Shown piece by piece: positions 62,349 to 64,000 of a stretch of DNA of 64,000 bases. The notes beneath the pieces were generated by a model, which worked only from the letters and a program-made list of their open reading frames with translations, was not told where the DNA came from and ran no database searches. The stretch lies in assembly GCA_905479865.1 (NCBI GenBank), contig CAJQOD010000006.1, forward strand, positions 7,578-71,577. Reading direction: 5' to 3'. Source of the DNA: an uncultured Rickettsiaceae bacterium (GTDB lineage: Bacteria > Pseudomonadota > Alphaproteobacteria > Rickettsiales > Rickettsiaceae). Position 1 is the first letter of the stretch. Each line of letters begins with the position of its first letter. The position numbers were made by a program, and so were the translations under genes.

Positions 62349-62365
62349 AAAACAATGTCTGTAAT

Positions 62366-62551
62366 TTAATGCAACAATAACAGGTAATTGTGGTCTCGAT
62401 CTATAGGAAACGACATATCTAATATGACAAGTATGTATAGTAGAGAAATATATGCTGCTACTATACAAAACACAGGAAACCACCAATGCTTCCTTATTTT
62501 CTGTGCAAAAGTTTTTAATATTAGTTCCATTCTAGTATAAAGTGTTTTCAT
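62366..62551 (-). CDS. Possible small single-TM membrane protein
   Basis: 61 aa, basic N-terminus followed by a ~22-aa hydrophobic segment; fills an intergenic gap. Confidence 0.35.
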   Translation of the reverse strand: MKTLYTRMELILKTFAQKIRKHWWFPVFCIVAAYISLLYILVILDMSFPIDRDHNYLLLLH

Positions 62552-62922
62552 GACACAGGACTCTGTTAAATTAAGTTTTTAGTAGGTAATTATTATGATA
62601 CTTGATTTAAGTACATTAATCAAGAAAAATATGTACTCAGATTACATGAAAGGATCAGAGAGCTAGATGAATTATTTAAAAAAGCTTTATTTTTATAAAT
62701 TAAGAATGAGCAAATTAATTAATATTAATATATAAGATTCCATTCTTCATACATGACCGCCGCAATAGTAGCTTTGTAAGGAGGTTCTAAAACGCTTTTT
62801 TACCGCGTAAACACGTTAATTGCTTCTATTGCTTTGTTAAATATTGACTTGTAGTGGTTTATTGTGTTTACCTATTGCATAAGTAACTACATAACAATAT
62901 AAGGAAAACACATCCTGATGAA

Positions 62923-63213
62923 ATGCAGCTTTTACAAAAACTAATGCAACGTTCTCTATCTCTATGGAAGCCCCCTGAAAAGGAGATGAATAAGCTTGTC
63001 AAACGCTTGGAAATAACTCCTAAAATTGACTCAACTATCATAAAAACTGAGGTAGGGACTTTGCTTTGGGATAGAATGATTGTTAATTTGAAAAATAAAA
63101 ATATAGAATATTTCACCTTTCTCAGTGATGTTAATGCACAAGAATTGTATGAAAAGAAAGGGGTAATAAGAATCAATGAACAGCTAGCAGTGGTTTTTAA
63201 ACGATGCAAATAG
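62923..63213 (+). CDS. Hypothetical protein
   Basis: 96-aa ATG ORF overlapping the pgsA start; no recognised motif. Confidence 0.55.
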   Translation: MQLLQKLMQRSLSLWKPPEKEMNKLVKRLEITPKIDSTIIKTEVGTLLWDRMIVNLKNKNIEYFTFLSDVNAQELYEKKGVIRINEQLAVVFKRCK

Positions 63214-63752
63214 ATAAAAACATACCAAATTATTTGACAATAATCAGAATGCTGGCTATTCCGATTATCATAATGTCATTCTATTTTGAAGACTCAAAAT
63301 TTGCACATAGATTAGGTGGCGTTGTTTTTGCTTTAGCCAGTGTTACAGATTTTTTTGATGGCTATTTGGCACGGAAATATAACCTTGTTTCCAGCTTTGG
63401 CAGAATGTTTGATCCAATAGCTGATAAGGTACTGGTTGGTTGCGTACTGATTATGCTAGTTAAAGCAGGTAGGGCAGATGAAATACCATGCTTGTTGATT
63501 CTGGCAAGAGAATTTATTGTTGCCGGTCTTCGAGAGTTTTTGGTACAAATTCAGGTTAGCGTTCCAGTGACAAGGCTTGCTAAAGTTAAAACAACCATTC
63601 AAATGCTTGCAATAACTATGTTGATACTGGGTTCTACCGGTTCTGGTATATCTTCATTGGACCTCATAGGTCATATCTGTCTATGGATTGCGGCAATATT
63701 AACTCTGGTAACAGGTTATTCATACCTGAAAGCAACTAGCAAGTACTTCTAA
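63204..63752 (+). CDS. pgsA: CDP-diacylglycerol--glycerol-3-phosphate 3-phosphatidyltransferase
   Basis: [18 protein letters not shown]...S.FG..FDPIADK, REF.V.GLR, K.KT..Q. Confidence 0.97.
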   Translation: MQIDKNIPNYLTIIRMLAIPIIIMSFYFEDSKFAHRLGGVVFALASVTDFFDGYLARKYNLVSSFGRMFDPIADKVLVGCVLIMLVKAGRADEIPCLLILAREFIVAGLREFLVQIQVSVPVTRLAKVKTTIQMLAITMLILGSTGSGISSLDLIGHICLWIAAILTLVTGYSYLKATSKYF

Positions 63753-64000
63753 GCTCAAGAGAGGAGGAACGCATAAGTTCATTCAATAATTAATAAATCT
63801 TAGTTATAGTTACTAAATATAATTAATTAATTTTTATTAATATTATTGTGACTAAAATTTCTTAACTATAATAAACTGTCTATACAAAAAAATTAATATT
63901 TGTTAATACTAGTTGCAATTCTTAGAGAACAAAATTAGTAGAAAAACTCGTTACATAGAAAAATCAAAAATAGATAGTTTTCTATACTGACTGGTGGGAG

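Noticed and set aside
63992-64000. TGGTGGGAG could be the CCA 3' end of a minus-strand tRNA
   Set aside because: Only 9 nt are visible at the window edge, so no cloverleaf can be checked

Overview
AT-rich core-genome segment of an alphaproteobacterial endosymbiont, most likely Rickettsiaceae (Rickettsiales). The assignment rests on a Tlc nucleotide translocase, type-2 IleRS, a DUF2670-like gene, Rickettsia-like gene orders (ilvE-dapA-smpB, ompR-envZ-uppS-cdsA, kdsD-lptCAB) and Rickettsia palindromic element (RPE)-like repeats. About 60 mostly housekeeping genes cover respiration (coxC, ctaG, petABC, ccmAB, ubiG, ubiH), envelope (lpt, tol, pgsA), translation and central metabolism. No rRNA, CRISPR array or transposase was seen. 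The most notable non-routine signals are: (1) a TPP riboswitch whose SD-sequestering expression platform can be read directly, controlling a ProP-like MFS gene (candidate thiamine/TPP importer); (2) an HTH-WYL regulator divergent from a VOC/PhnB gene, with a perfect operator palindrome and a TGTCAG-N10-TATAAT PafBC-type promoter; (3) one RPE-like element nested inside another, plus a dispersed ~165-bp repeat family; (4) an RNase D gene that appears to start at ATC; (5) a candidate Mic60-like gene in the hemD-X-hemY position; (6) three genes each broken by a 1-nt deletion. All product calls come from reading motifs by eye; no database search was run.
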